Below, in pieces: positions 63,771-64,000 of a DNA stretch of 64,000 nucleotides. Position 1 is the stretch's first letter; every line of letters starts with the position of its first letter. A model generated the notes under the pieces. The model was not told the DNA's origin. It did no database searches and was given only the letters and a program-made list of their open reading frames with translations. The DNA comes from Moniliella sp. 'wahieum' (Eukaryota), in NCBI GenBank assembly GCA_003971905.1, contig RSEE01000017.1, forward strand, positions 558,001 through 622,000. Reading direction: 5' to 3'. The position numbers were made by a program, and so were the translations under genes.

Positions 63771-64000
63771 TAACTATACCCTGTTTTCACACCCCCTCAG
63801 CAGTCGTCATCAGTTGGGCGCACCCCTGTATGCTGCGGCAATTTGACCTGCCCAAGCCAAGCCCCAACGGCTGCGCAGCCGACTGATGTGGCGGAACGGG
63901 CGGGGCGGAGGTGTCGTGTGGCAGTGGAATTTTCGGATCGATTGCCCGCTCATCTCAGAGAGGCGCGGGTGTCAGGCCAGAAAGCTGGAAGTGGTGACGC

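Noticed and set aside
61930..64000. Small ORFs in the last 2 kb (e.g. 63343-63846)
   Set aside because: No recognisable motif, codon bias or splice structure; treated as intergenic.

Overview
Eukaryotic, GC-rich fungal chromosomal DNA. It is very likely a basidiomycete of the Ustilaginomycotina: the Ras2 N-terminus [26 protein letters not shown] matches the smut-type Ras2 as I recall it, and introns are short with GTRYGT donors, CTRAC branch sites and YAG acceptors. Almost every gene, including essential ones, is broken by small indels, which I read as unpolished long-read errors, so CDS coordinates are reconstructed gene spans. Recognisable genes in order: XRCC2-like Rad51 paralog, GH63-like (YMR196W family) glycosidase, mitochondrial aldehyde dehydrogenase, GRDP/DUF1399 protein, tRNA-Leu(AAG), divergent beta-tubulin, SWIM-domain Sws1-like protein, degenerate glycogenin-like protein, HEM12, kinesin-3, CBP80, AP-1 gamma-adaptin, CDC23, importin NMD5, a small ORF, a head-to-head pair of unrecognised spliced genes, a second tRNA-Leu(AAG), myosin II, an NHP6-like HMG protein and Ras2. 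The most interesting unexplained signals are: (i) the orphan divergent gene pair sharing a 29-bp repeated element; (ii) a window-wide intergenic pattern of period-7 repeats, often a 6-bp palindrome plus 1 nt; (iii) an ascomycete-looking, intronless GRDP gene beside a tRNA; (iv) a probable pseudo-glycogenin; (v) a beta-tubulin substituted at benzimidazole-site residues. No database searches were run; family assignments come from motif recognition only.
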